Below are positions 41,249 through 53,776 of a stretch of 64,000 nucleotides of DNA, in pieces; within the stretch, counting starts at the first letter, position 1, and each line of letters starts with the position of its first letter. Position numbers and translations under genes: made by a program. The notes beneath the pieces were generated by a model. That model searched no databases and had not been told where the DNA came from. It saw only the letters and a program-made list of their open reading frames with translations. Origin of the DNA: the human T2T-CHM13v2.0 reference genome, Homo sapiens. The stretch is from the NCBI RefSeq assembly GCF_009914755.1, contig NC_060933.1; one strand, written 5' to 3'.

Positions 41249-42650
41249 ATAGAGGAAAGATCACTCACCAGGGCCAAAGAGAGTGCTCAGCGGGAGATGC
41301 TTCACTGATGCCTTCTTGCTACCTGTTTGTGCCTCTTATGACTTTGGAAAAACAAAAGATATTTTGCTTTTGGGGGATAGAGGGTGGGTGGGAAAAGAAA
41401 AAAAATCCATTTGGTTTTGGTTTTGTCCTATTCCTCCAAATGCAGCAGGGCCTTTAGTTGTCTGTTAAAGCTGCACTATAATTTGGTATCTACATTTTAT
41501 CACACAAAGGAACCTCCCCTTTTGACAACAACTGGGCTAGGCAGCTGTTAATCACAACATTTGTGCATCACTTGTGCCAAGTGAGAAAATGTTCTAAAAT
41601 CACAAGAGAGAACAGTGCCAGAATGAAACTGACCCTAAGTCCCAGGTGCCCCTGGGCAGGCAGAAGGAGACACTCCCAGCATGGAGGAGGGTTTATCTTT
41701 TCATCCTAGGTCAGGTCTACAATGGGGGAAGGTTTTATTATAGAACTCCCAACAGCCCACCTCACTCCTGCCACCCACCCGATGGCCCTGCCTCCCCCAT
41801 CCCATCCCCAACATCCCTGTACCACCTTCTCTCACATCTTCTAAAGCTTTGTACAAATCACAATGGTGCACTTCCAACAAAATATATCAATAGGTGTTTT
41901 CCTCTCTTATTTTGTAAATAGTATTATTTTAGCTATTAAGCTGGATACCTTCTTTCAAATTCAGCCATTCAGTTGTAAAGTTGGGAAGAAGTTTCTTGAC
42001 AAGACTCTGCAATTAAATGCTTAAAATTTGGAGGGGATCCTTCCTTGATTACATCAAGTATGTTGGTACATGGGTTTATACAAGTTCCTCTTGAGAAGGC
42101 AAAAAGACCACCATGTGTGAGAGCTCTTTGACTTGGCCAATAGGGGCCTATCTTAATGCACTTGTTTGGACACATTTCTGATCTTATTTGTAAAGGCTGC
42201 AAAAGGAGAGGATGAAATGCTGTAAAAGTAGGAAATGAAGTGGAAGCTGGAAGAAAATGTAATTGGTGGTACAGCTATGGGCCAGATGGTGGAGGGGAGG
42301 GTGGGGACCCCTGCCGGCAAGCAGAGTGTCACAGCTGGCTTTCCTCACTTGGGAAAAGGGTACTGCCGGTCTAGCAGCCTCCTCTGTACTCAGCCAGGAC
42401 ACCCAGCGCGTGGGACCTGTTTGTGTCTGTTTTGCTTCCTTGGGAACGGCACAGTCACTCACCCTGCCATTTGCGGAAATGACCTGGTGCACTTTGACTG
42501 TTAAGCAATGCGTTATTGCTGTAGTCAAGGTTAGTGCAAGCAAGGAAACATTCCCAGTAAGGTATTTGTTTCCATTTTCTGTCTGTGCTTCTGTCAGAAA
42601 CTTGCTAGGACTTTAGTGGCCAATAAAAAAGAAATTCCTAATTTCAACCT
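41249..42650 (+). other. PGM5: PGM5 3'UTR (end approximate)
   Basis: No recognisable repeats between the stop codon and AATAAA at 42622-42627, which is followed by U/GU-rich downstream sequence (ttgtggatttttacttatttgtttgt). Confidence 0.8.
42622..42627 (+). terminator. PGM5: PGM5 polyadenylation signal AATAAA
   Basis: Canonical hexamer with a GU/U-rich element about 35-60 nt downstream. Confidence 0.75.
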
Positions 42651-44004
42651 TATCCAAGGATTGTGGATTTTTACTTATTTGTTTGTCTCACCAGTTGAGA
42701 AACTCCAGTACTGGTCACCTATCCTGATAAATCTGCCTTTCAGAAAACCTGCAAGGGCTGTTTTTCACTATTATGGCAAGAGACATGTATTAAATGGAAC
42801 AGAAAAGGTAAGTTACTCAAAACTGCCTTTGGGAGTCAGCAGAAACTGAAATGGCATCTAGACCTCCACTGTAACTGTCTTCATTTCAAAATAATAGGAA
42901 GGTGGCTTTGAGCTGAGATTCTAAAACAAAACCATTTCAAGATTGATCACCAGTGGAATCAAATTCATGTCATAGCTTTGGTTCTCAGGTTCTTGTCTCA
43001 AGAGTGGACATCTATGCTAGCCATCCATGTGTTCATTAATCACGGATGTCTTGGTTGGGACGCTCAGATGTATTCTTAGGTGTATCAGCTCTAGGTAAGA
43101 AAATATTTATTTTCTCAAGTTGCTGAACTTTTAATGATCTCTAACTTGTAAGTTCATATGTAAATTAGTCCTTACATAAAAATTATATTTCTTTATTTTG
43201 ATATGGAGTCATGCGTGGACAGTAGCCCAAATATATATTTAGCCATCAGTCCATCCATTCATCCATCTATGTGTTCATTCATTCATTCTGTGGACATTGG
43301 TTGAGCAACTCCTCTAGGCAGAGTTCTGTTTTAGATGGGGCAAAGAAATGGATAAAACATTATTCCTGATCTTATAAGTTTATAATTTGGGAGTAGGAGG
43401 CTATGACAAACATACACAAATAATCAGTTAGACAAAAATGTTATGAGAGACACAAATAATGTGCTGTGGGACTACACAGAGAGGGGCAATAGACTCAGAG
43501 ACGGTGGCACGAGAGTGGTTTCCACAAGAGTAGAGTTGCTTGGGATTTGTAAGCATTTACAGAATTTCATCAAGGATGAGTGAAGTCAGAAGACAGACTA
43601 GGAGATGAGGGTTAGGATGGCTGGAGAGGAGACTTGCTTGGGGTCTCCTGAGGAGTTGGCTTGGATGCATGGGGTTGAAGCAGGCACAGGGTTGTGAATG
43701 TCAGGCAGAGCAAAGCCTTGGGCCCAGCCACCGGAAGAAGCAGCTACATAGCTGCCTATTTTGACAGAGTTTTTTCAGCTATGTTGTCAAGGGAAGGTCT
43801 TTTGGTGGGTCTAGGACACAGTCATTCTCTGGAACCTGCTCTGATTCACATTGCCAAGATATTATTTCTGCCTTACTTGAAATCCAAACTTCTCTTGCCG
43901 AACTATATGTGTACATCCTCTTGCCTAATTCTCGGGAGAGGAGAGAGGCAGGAAGTCACTGTTCCCCATATGATGTTCTTTATGTTCTTAAAGATGAAGC
44001 TCTA

Positions 44005-44307
44005 GGCTGGGCGTAGTGGCTTACACCTGTTATCCCAGCAATTTGGAAGGCCCAGGTGGGTGGATCACTTGAGGTCAGGAGTTTGAGACCAGCCTGGCCA
44101 ACATAGTGAAACATTGTCTCTACCAAAAATACAAAAATTAGCCAGACGTGGTGGTGCATGCTTGTAATCCCAGCTACCCAGGAGGCTGAGGCAGGCAAAT
44201 AGCTTGAACTTAGGAGGTGGAGGTTGCCGTGAGCCAAAATGGAGCAGTGTGCACTCCAGCATGGGCAACAGCAAGACTCTATTAAAAAAAAAAAAAAAAA
44301 AAAAAAA
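44005..44307 (+). mobile_element. AluS
   Basis: Full dimer with A tail. Confidence 0.92.
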
Positions 44308-44352
44308 GAGCTGTAGCCACTGTAGCCACTGATCTTTGAGAGTAAATGACTT

Positions 44353-44663
<311 letters not shown>

Positions 44664-47449
44664 TTAAAGGCCCCAAATTTCATGGGAACTGCAAGAGTCA
44701 ATCAGAGGAAACTATGGATAGAGTGTGGCAACTTCCAGGGCAACTCTGGTGATCTGCTGTTACAGAGGGGTTCACTCATTACAGCACGTGTCTGCAGAAA
44801 AATGGCAAGCAACACTATACATCACATGCTGGTTTTCAACCAGGGCGGGTATTTGGAAATGTGTGTGTATTTGCCAGAGAGGCATTTAGTGGCAGTAGTA
44901 GGAAACCAAACACGCTAAATATCCTTCCAGGTGTCAGCCAGTCCCCCAGAACAAAAATTTGTTTTGTGTCACCCAGGAATCTTGAGTTTATTCAATGTCC
45001 TTGAAAATGGATAGGCAGTCATTATTAAAATGAGATCGTTTGTCAACTTTTACTGATCTAAGTGCAGCATACATCCGCAGTATTTGCGGGACAAATCGTG
45101 TTGCATGACGTTATAGGTGGAAGGGCTTGCACGTGGCATGCAGGCTTTCTGCACAGGAAGTCGAAGCTTGATGCACGGTCTCATGGATCAGTGTAAGGCA
45201 TGGGATTTACTTTGACGTTCAGATGGGTGTAGGGAATTTGAAAAGCACCTGCAGGAGCTGGTAATGACATAACTGTGTGACTCCATTCCATTGCTGGATC
45301 ATGCACTGGATACTCTCAAAACATGTGGACACTGAAATCCCAGACACATGTCTTAAGGAGCTTCCCATCCCTGAGTGTAGAAGGGTCTGAGAAACGGTGT
45401 GCCTTTGGAAATAACGTAACTGCCAGTAAATCAGCCTTTGGCCCTTTGACAGTTACAAACAGCAAGAGATTATCCGAAGCAGCAGAGCTTAGCAGAATGC
45501 CTGTTCCACTCCAACCAGCTGGAGTCCTTACTAGAAGAAATAGCTCATGCAGCTGACAGCCCACTTGGTATGTGAGTCAGCCTAGGTTGTCATGGAACCT
45601 TGTAGAATTTGGAGAAGATATAGATTATAAGTCCATGTCTTTATCATCTTTCCATGCCTATCTGCACCTAATATGTGCCCTACAATGTAGGTGAGCTAGA
45701 GCAATGCCTCACCAAAGACAGTATATTTAAATAGAATCTTAAATGATAGACAGGAGTGTCAGTAAAAGCACTGGTAAGATTTTGCATGGAGGGTCGAAAA
45801 TGAACACAGTACATCTCAGATATGCAAAAGACACAGTATAACTTAATCTATAATTGAGGATAACTGACCTTATCCTCACCTTCTGGAGTGGTGGTAAGGC
45901 CTACTCAAACTTTCTGCTCAAAGGGACATTATGAGATTACAATACTGGAGGGCCTTCAACCCTGAGAACTTCCCTTCCCCATTGACATATGAACCTACCA
46001 TCCACAGGTGAGAGAAGAGAATGAGCAAAGACTCTTTGTAGTGGGGATTTTTCTCTTTTCACTTTCTTATGCTGCATGTGCTCTCCCTGTCATTCATGGA
46101 ATTGCTGTTTCCAATCCTTGACCGTAAATTTTATAAGCTTCAGAAGGAAGAGCAGAGGCAGTATCTATTTATCTTGAGTGAATCCTCTAGGGGATGACTA
46201 CTATATTATTATTATGAACCACAATCGGATATTTTTGTCTGATTTGTCCAGTGGATTTTAATTGCTGGGTCTCTCGAATGTAGAATTTGCTTTGTGTCCT
46301 ACCCTTGTTCTCGACACATGATTCAGAGTACATATGCAGTCGCTGGAAACTGCTCTGATTCACATTGCCAAGATATTATTTCTGCCTTACATGAAATGTT
46401 AAAAAAATGAACAAATAACTACTGGTATTTTATTTTCAAAAAGACACACCCAAGTTATTTTCCAAATCAGCAGTTAGAGTTCAATAATGTTTGGGTTTGC
46501 AGAAAGATCAACTCATTCTGACACTGTGTTAGTTTAACCAGAGAATAATACTTTGACTTATGGTCTTTTATTGATTTTTTTTTCTGATGCAAAAAAAAAA
46601 TGGCAAAAGAGAAATTTAAGTACAAAATTTATTGCGGTAAAGAGATTAAAACTATTTCTTATGTAAACCAAAATCAACATTTGTTTCACTTGACTACCAG
46701 TAGTTGGAAAAACTATCTATTACAAATGCAAATTCTGGACAAAAGACCAATGATGGTCCTTGTTCAAGTCAGTAAATGTGCTCAGACCACCAGGGAGAAT
46801 TTCAGGATAACTGTCTTAGTAGAGAGATAGAAAGAGATGACAAGAGGAATAATAAATTACATTACTAATAAATGATCACTTCCCTATTGGACAACCATGA
46901 GTGACCTTCATATCTTTATGCCCTCAATGCCAAGGATTCAAATAACAGATTCCCAAATTCATGCTTCATGGACAAGGATTTCCTTTTATGAAGCTTCTTA
47001 TGCATTTTTCAGGATATACTTAATCTATGCATTCAGCAATGATGGAGAAGATGAGGCCACAGAGGAGGCTCCATCCCATCTGGACCACCCTCTTCCTCTT
47101 TGAAAGATGTACATCCTTCTCACCAACTGTCTAAAGCCCTTCCTGTGCCCATTCACCAAGGGCTATCTCCATTGGGAATCATTCTTCATCATCAATATAA
47201 TGATCAGGGGGAAACTCTGCTATGAGGCAAGGGACCAGTTTCTAGGCAGAAAACCTGGAGGACATTTTACGTATTTTAAAAGAAGCCGATTAACCCTAAA
47301 GCAATCTCTGCCACTTCTCCAAGGGCTTTAAGATATTGCAGCAACCCTGGGGCTCCATTTTCTGTTACAGCCCATTTTCTGAAGGGAGAGAGAAATCCAA
47401 ACTGTCTCCTAGAAGGAGAGAAGTTAGACAGGGCTACCTAGCTCAAAAG

Positions 47450-47745
47450 TGTGAAGTCAGTCAGTCCTCCCATGTTCCTCTAGGAACCGTTCTTCACCCT
47501 CCTAGAAGTCATTGTGTTATTGGAAAAGTTTCTTAACTTCTCACAATGTCAGTTTTATGCATATGTAAAATGGGAATAATCATAATGCCTGTCTCTTAAA
47601 GATGGAATGAGGGCTAACACGCATGGAAAGCTCATGGCACAGAGCCTGCCATATAACAGGCATTCCACAACTGTGAAGCCAGCATGAATGCCTCACTTAA
47701 TAGAGGAGAAAACTGAGGCCCGGAGAGATGAAGATTCTTGGCCCA
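47450..47745. mobile_element. MIR fragments in both orientations
   Basis: tgtaaaatgggaataatcataatgcct and gaggagaaaactgaggcccggaga cores. Confidence 0.65.
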
Positions 47746-48187
47746 AGTTCAAAAGCATCAGGCTGCATCTCTGTCTACCACCCTGCAACCAGACTTGTCC
47801 TCTTGTATTTAAAAAAACAATAAAATATAATAAAGTTGAGGAGAAACCATCGGATTTAAAAATGAATGTCCTAAGTCTAAAAGTCAAGATCTGTATCTTG
47901 AGACACAAGAAATTTCCTGTTAATGATGAACGTACATCATTAGAGTTTCTTATCTTTCAAATTCTAGAGATTTATATGGGGATTCTTTGAATTACATACA
48001 AATATTTTTAACCTTTATAAGATTTATATCAAGTGGTATATTAATACCATCTGTGGCCAGTACAAATTCCACCCTACACCCCGGAATTCCATGTATTATG
48101 AATTAAGTATTCTGTCTATTCCATTTGGGTCTATAAGCATTCTTATCATGTCTATTTGTTTAAGGACCTCTTTTAAGAAACAGCTCA

Positions 48188-48193
48188 TTTAAT
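48188..48193 (-). terminator. TMEM252: Probable TMEM252 poly(A) signal ATTAAA (3'UTR about 48170-48849)
   Basis: tttaat on + strand = ATTAAA on - strand, following an AU-rich stretch of the UTR. Confidence 0.55.
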
Positions 48194-48849
48194 ATTTTGT
48201 GTTTGAACCATCTTGAAGGCAAATATTACAGTCATTTTCCTTTTACATAGAAAAAATACATATCATGAAAATAAAATAATACAAAATAACATTCATGGGT
48301 TCCGAGGGCATATCTCCCAGGATGTGAAGTACTGCCTCACTCTGGTAGTATGGTCAGCTGGAGGTAACTAGGAAACAAGCTAACAAAACAAAAGGCTGAA
48401 CAATCAATAAATTAAACAACAAACCTTCGCTTTGAGATTACTAGGTGATATAGAACAGGAAGGCATGTGGCTGTCCTGACAACCAGCATCTATTCCTCCC
48501 TGGCTGGAGTTGAGGTGATGGGAGGGAAATTGAGTGACAGCAGAAAGAATCTCTGTAAGCAGAGCTCTCAGAGTGACACCTTTGGGGACCCAAGGCCAGC
48601 CGGGGTTAAGATTAGTGTGAATCCTCTGAAATGTCTGCTTGGTGTTGGCCACACCCTTCCAGGGCCCCTGGCCTGCCCTGCCCTGGCATGGCCAGTTATG
48701 TCTGGAATTCAGGGCTGTCATCCCCTCCCCAAGCTCTCTTGTGGGGTCCCTGGTGTGGCTTTTCCTCCCACAGTCCCTCGTTTGCCTTTATTATCAGTAG
48801 CTGCTCCCCACAGTGGTGGCATCATGAGTGCTGGAGAGCTTTCTCTGCC

Positions 48850-49084
48850 TCAGCACTCTTGGCCTCGCCTCTGGGCGTCCTCTGAGATTGCTGTCACCAC
48901 CAGGCCGGCTATGGACTCTCTATAAGATGGTGGGGCCTCTGGGTGGGAGTCATTTCCATCCTGGAATTCCAGGCCCGTCTCTGTATATAGAGGTGGAGGA
49001 ATGCCAGAGGCCTCTCTCTCTGCAGGACAGCTCTGCTTTTCCACCTCAAGGCTCTCTTCATAAGCTGGAGGGTAAAAGTCTGGC
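48850..49084 (-). CDS. TMEM252: TMEM252 exon 2 coding part (R-PDFYPPAYEES...AQRRGQEC*)
   Basis: Acceptor ttttgtcccctAG with AG at 49086-49085; the phase-2 junction restores codon AGG; TGA at 48852-48850. Confidence 0.94.
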
Positions 49085-50904
49085 CTAGGGGACAAAACAG
49101 CATAAACATGCGTGCGTTATTTAGGCATTAATGCCAAAGAGGCAGACGGCTGCCTCTCTCAGCTCAAATTGTGCGAAGCTAAACTGTTAAGAAACATGGA
49201 TTTTTGAAACAGATGTACTTCTTCCTGGCATCACCAGTTTTTTAAAAATGTGCTGCTCTTCCAAAAGAACCTTTTTATCAGCCACAGGATGCCTGCCTCT
49301 AGTCACATTTTTTTCCCAGTGGGTTATGCCAAGCTATTCCTTCTCTATTGCTCATTCACTCATGAAAACAGGGCCATTCAGTGTGAGATCCTTGTCAACA
49401 TTAGAGGAGGTGGGGGCTTTGGATAGGGAACTTCTCTCTACCGAGTACTTAGTCCATCCACATCCTTGCTCCCTTTCTCGCATGGCATCATCCCCTCAAT
49501 TGCACTCACTTTCTCTGATCATCACAGCCAACAAAATAATGAATGAAAACCAACTCTGTGCTGATCCCTGAACTATACCAGATGCCATGTCTCTATCCTA
49601 ACACCCTTTCGAGACTCAGTAGCTAGTTTCAAAGAAAATATACAAACATATTCATTTCTCAAATGATATCAACTGACAACTTTACACAGATTTCAGTTGT
49701 AGCCCTTTCTATGCCAGTAGGCTAAAGCAGCCATTCATTCGGGGGCTGATGTACTCATTGGTCATCTTGCCTGGCATTTCTAATTGCTAAATCCTCCTGG
49801 CTTCTCCATCATGAATGAATTTGGGGGAAGGGGAGAGGGGAGGAAGAGAGACCGGTGAGCTTGGCTGAGTTGTGTATTTATAGAGTGATCCTTCCAGTGC
49901 CTACAGGGAGTGTTTATGGTGTGTAACCACAACAGAACAGGGACTGCCATTTGTAGCCACAACTCCATTCCAAATGTTACCAGGCCCAAAGCCAGTAGCT
50001 GAAGAAGCTGTCTACTATAAGGCATAAATCTCAGCCTTCGCTCAGAATAGCCAAGGCTGAGTCACGGGGCACATGTGTAAAGGCATTTTACACAGAAAGG
50101 TGAGATGTTCCCTGGAGTGATGTGAAAGGTTCCAGGATGACTGCTGCCTGCCCCAAATCCCAGCTACCTCTCCCAACCCCACCCTCCTTCAACTGCCATC
50201 CATATTCCCAGTCCCCTGAATTCCATCATCGGAGACCCATTTGCTTTGATATCTCAACCTGGGTATCCATTTTGAGTGCAAATGCTTTGGAGAAATGTGA
50301 CTTCCCAGGCTGACTTGCCAGCCATTCTGCGTGGGATAAGCATCTTATTACATGCAGCGAGAAGAGGCAGTAAAATGGGGGTGTTACGATGTCCATAATT
50401 TACTTTCAAACATTTCAGTATACTGTAATATTATGCAGTGTTAGTCAATTTAAGCTATATCCTAAAGGCAATCAGTTACATTTATCAGAAATTCACACTC
50501 TAGAGGTAGTCCTCTAACATTTATACAAAAAGAAATCATCACTCTAGAGGCATCTTCTACAATCACTTCATTTCTCTTAATTTTTAATCAAACCCAGAAA
50601 CTCTGCTGGTTAGTATAACATTGGAAATAAGTTTTGGTTTTCATAATTATTATCTTATTAATTAGCATAAAGGATGCCAAAAGTGGATGCTCATGGGTAA
50701 GATTACTTATATTCAAGATACATGGAGTAGCTAAAATATTTTAGATACTTTCTACTCTTGCACGAAGAGGGCAAAATAATTATAGTCTTGTAGCCTGTAT
50801 CTTGAGAATGATGCCTAGGGTGTTATCCCTAAATGGTCCTGTGGCTAGCCAAGAATTAGGAGGTTTCTTGTTGCCTGATACTGACTATAAGATTAACTGA
50901 ATCT

Positions 50905-51570
50905 TTTTTTTCTTGTGGTAAAATATATATGACATAAAATTTACTGTTTTTAAGTGTATAGCTCAGTGGCACTAAATACACTCATATTGCTCTACAACCA
51001 TCACCTTAAAACTCTCTACTCATTAAACAATAGGTCCCCAGTCTCTCCTTCCACCAGCCCCTGGGACCACTGTTCTACTTTCTGTGTCTGTGAATTTGAC
51101 TACGCTAAGTACTCATGTAAGTGGAATTATACAATATTTGCCCTTTGTAACTGACTTGTTTCACTTAGCATAATGTTTTCAACTTCATCCAAGTGGTGGC
51201 ATGTGCCAGGATTTCCTTCCTTTTTAAGGCTAATATTCCATTGCATGTATATACCACATTTTGTTTATCTACTCACCTGTTGATGGACATTTGGGCTATT
51301 ATGAATAAATGTTGCTACAAGCATTGGTGTACAAACATCCATTTGAATCCCTGCTTTCAGTTCCTTTGTGTATAAACTCAGAATGTAGAATTGCCAGATC
51401 AAACAGTAATTCAATATTTAATGTATAGAGGAGTCTCCACACTGTTTTCCACAGTGGTTGCACCATTTTAACATTCCCACCAGCAATGCACAGCGTTCCA
51501 ATTTATTGACATCCTCACCAACACTAGCTGTTTGGTTTTGTTTTTTGATGATAACTATCCTAATGTATGA
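50905..51570 (-). mobile_element. L1MB-type 3' fragment in the TMEM252 intron
   Basis: tttcacttagcataatgtttt, gttgatggacatttggg, cattcccaccagcaatg. Confidence 0.85.
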
Positions 51571-52127
51571 GATGGCGAGAAAGAATGAATCTTGCCTCTA
51601 GAATATTATCACCTTCCCCTGAAGGAATGTTTTATGCAAGGTGAGATCACAACACCTAAAAGGACAGTAAACTGGGACTTTTCTGAGCTCACAGAGATTC
51701 CAGGACTCATTTTATGCCTGCTTCTTCATTTGTTGTGTGGCAGAATTTGGTCTGGGACTTGCTTTCCTTAGAACCTCATAGCCAGGTTATGGGAAGTAAC
51801 TAACCATCACCTGCCACTAATTAATGACAGCTGCCATGATATAACAAAAGAGCCTGGGTTTCTAAATTGGCTTAGGTGGGTTTTCACTGGGGGTGGTGGT
51901 AGGGTTTCTCTGAGATGAGTTGCCCCTGCGTCATGGTTTTCCCCAAAGATGGCGCCACTCTTCCTAATAACAACCCCAGAGTAATTCCCTGACAATAAAG
52001 CTTTGGTTCTAGACAGACAGCCCATGGGACATGTAAGTCGCTCCATAGTAGGATCAGAAATTACTCAGATCTTACACAACTCAGCCCATCTCAGCCCTTC
52101 TTGGTCCCTCTGCCTGTCAGCACGTAC

Positions 52128-52405
52128 CTGTCTACTGTGGCCACGGGCAGGGCCCCATGAGCAAGGTGTTGTCGGAGCATGTGCCTCAACACTCCTTTGC
52201 TTTCAGTCACCTGGCGATAGTTGCTCCAGAAAATTCCACTCAGAAGGATCACAAACCCCAGAGGCAGAAGCAAATAGGCCGCAATCAGGCTCCCCTGACA
52301 GTCGAATATGGAGCCCCAGGAAATGAAGAAGGCCCCCAGGCAGACCATCAGGAAACCCATCAGGAGGGCAAGAGCACAGAGAATGAGGCCAGTTCTGTTC
52401 TGCAT
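52128..52405 (-). CDS. TMEM252: TMEM252 exon 1 coding part (MQNRTGLILCALALL...PVATVD + AG), two hydrophobic TM segments
   Basis: ATG at 52405-52403; donor AG|GTACGT with GT at 52127-52126; 278 nt; spliced to exon 2 gives 513 nt = 170 aa + stop. Confidence 0.94.
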
Positions 52406-52469
52406 CCTTGCACCTTAGGAACCCAGCACCCTGACCCTGCTGCTCCTCTGCTTCCCTGCTTGCTCCAAG

Positions 52470-52570
52470 AGAATGAGCTCATTAGCCAGCTTGCAGCTTT
52501 ATATGCTCTGGGACCCACTGGCCTTTGGACAACTAAATGAAACAGGCACTTAGAAGCTATTCATTAACCA
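52470..52570 (-). promoter_or_regulatory. TMEM252: TMEM252 core promoter: TATA box, HNF4-type DR1 and HNF1 site
   Basis: On the - strand: TATAAA at 52503-52498, TGTCCAAAGGCCA at 52531-52519, GTTAATGAATAGC at 52568-52556; all within about 165 bp upstream of the ATG. Confidence 0.7.
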
Positions 52571-53776
52571 TTGAAAGTAAGTGTAATATCCTTGGAGAAT
52601 TAGCCAAAAAACATAGCATTGTATACTGCAGGCAGGAGTGGCTTCGTGTAGCTGTTTTGTTCTTCAGAGTTGGGTGGGACACTCAGCTGTTCCCAGTTAT
52701 TTGAACGTACAGCCCTCCTTTGATTAAAAGGCGCTGGTCTCTTAATCCCCATGGAGGGCAATTCCCCACTAAAAGCTGGAGAAGTTAGCACTCTTTAAAG
52801 AACGATCTTCTTTGAGGTTTGGTAAGAAATCCCTTCCTGATTCCTTCTCCCTTTTTCTGTACTAAAAAGGCATTTCTTCAAGGCTGTTAACATGTTTGTC
52901 TTGCCTCCCTCAATGAATCCCCACTTATTGCCCCCACACTATGATACTGGCATAATTCCAAGACAGAAGTTCAGAGTGTGAACTTCGTGGTTCCTGCTCT
53001 GTTGACAAGATCGAAAGAGCCTGAGTGGGAGGGGAAGGAGAGTGCTGGAGAAAAGGACTATAATAGACAGAGCCTCGGGAATTTGGGGGGATTTTGGGCC
53101 TGTAATTCCTGCAATCTTTCCCCCTTTCATAAAGTACATATGAAATAGAATTCGTTTTAGAGGATGCTGCTAAAAATGTTCCCTGTCCTCTCCTCCACAC
53201 CTCTGCTCTATGTAGCATTGCCTCAAAAAATCTTTCCGGAACCAGCCTTCTGTTTCCTGGCTGGAATTTGTTTTCTTTAGCTTGACTGTCTTTGATTGTG
53301 GATAGCTTATTTCAGACGTGCTTTATGCCCTGGCTCTGCCCTTTTTTATTTGATAATGTGGCATGTCTCTGCCAAAAGTCTCCTTCCCATAGGAACCCTG
53401 GGTTGCTTTTACTCAGGATAGCTTATCTTCAGTTCCTCTTTGCTGCTGTTCCACTCCACTACTCCATTACCATTATTTTCCATTTACTTTCCCAATGAGA
53501 GCAGCAGTTTTTTGTGGCGTGCCCTAATAATCCCTCATATAACCTTTAGTCTCACACTCACCATCTCCTTAGCTCTACCTTCATGTTAGGGCTGGGAGAC
53601 ACGGATATTAGAGAGGTACACACTATGGATCAAAAACTATATAAGGCACTTCTCCATTCCAACCCTTAGCCTTTACCTTTCTTAGCTTCAATTTCGACCT
53701 TGAACTACCTTGATCTTCTAGTCTTGATATTGTCTTTGTAATCTTAAAACAGCTCTTATTCCCTCCTTCCCCAAAC

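Noticed and set aside
48467-48925. 152-aa + strand ORF, the longest in the track
   Set aside because: Antisense to TMEM252 exon 2/3'UTR, starts at a non-ATG codon, has no recognisable domain; a by-product of GC-rich sequence.
51941-51958. CTCF-like CCCCAAAGATGGCGCCAC
   Set aside because: Poor 5' half for CTCF; closer to a YY1 core (AAGATGGCG), and a lone motif is not enough to call.
52091-52405. 104-aa single-exon version of TMEM252
   Set aside because: Read-through past a good splice donor; the spliced 170-aa product is the coherent reading.
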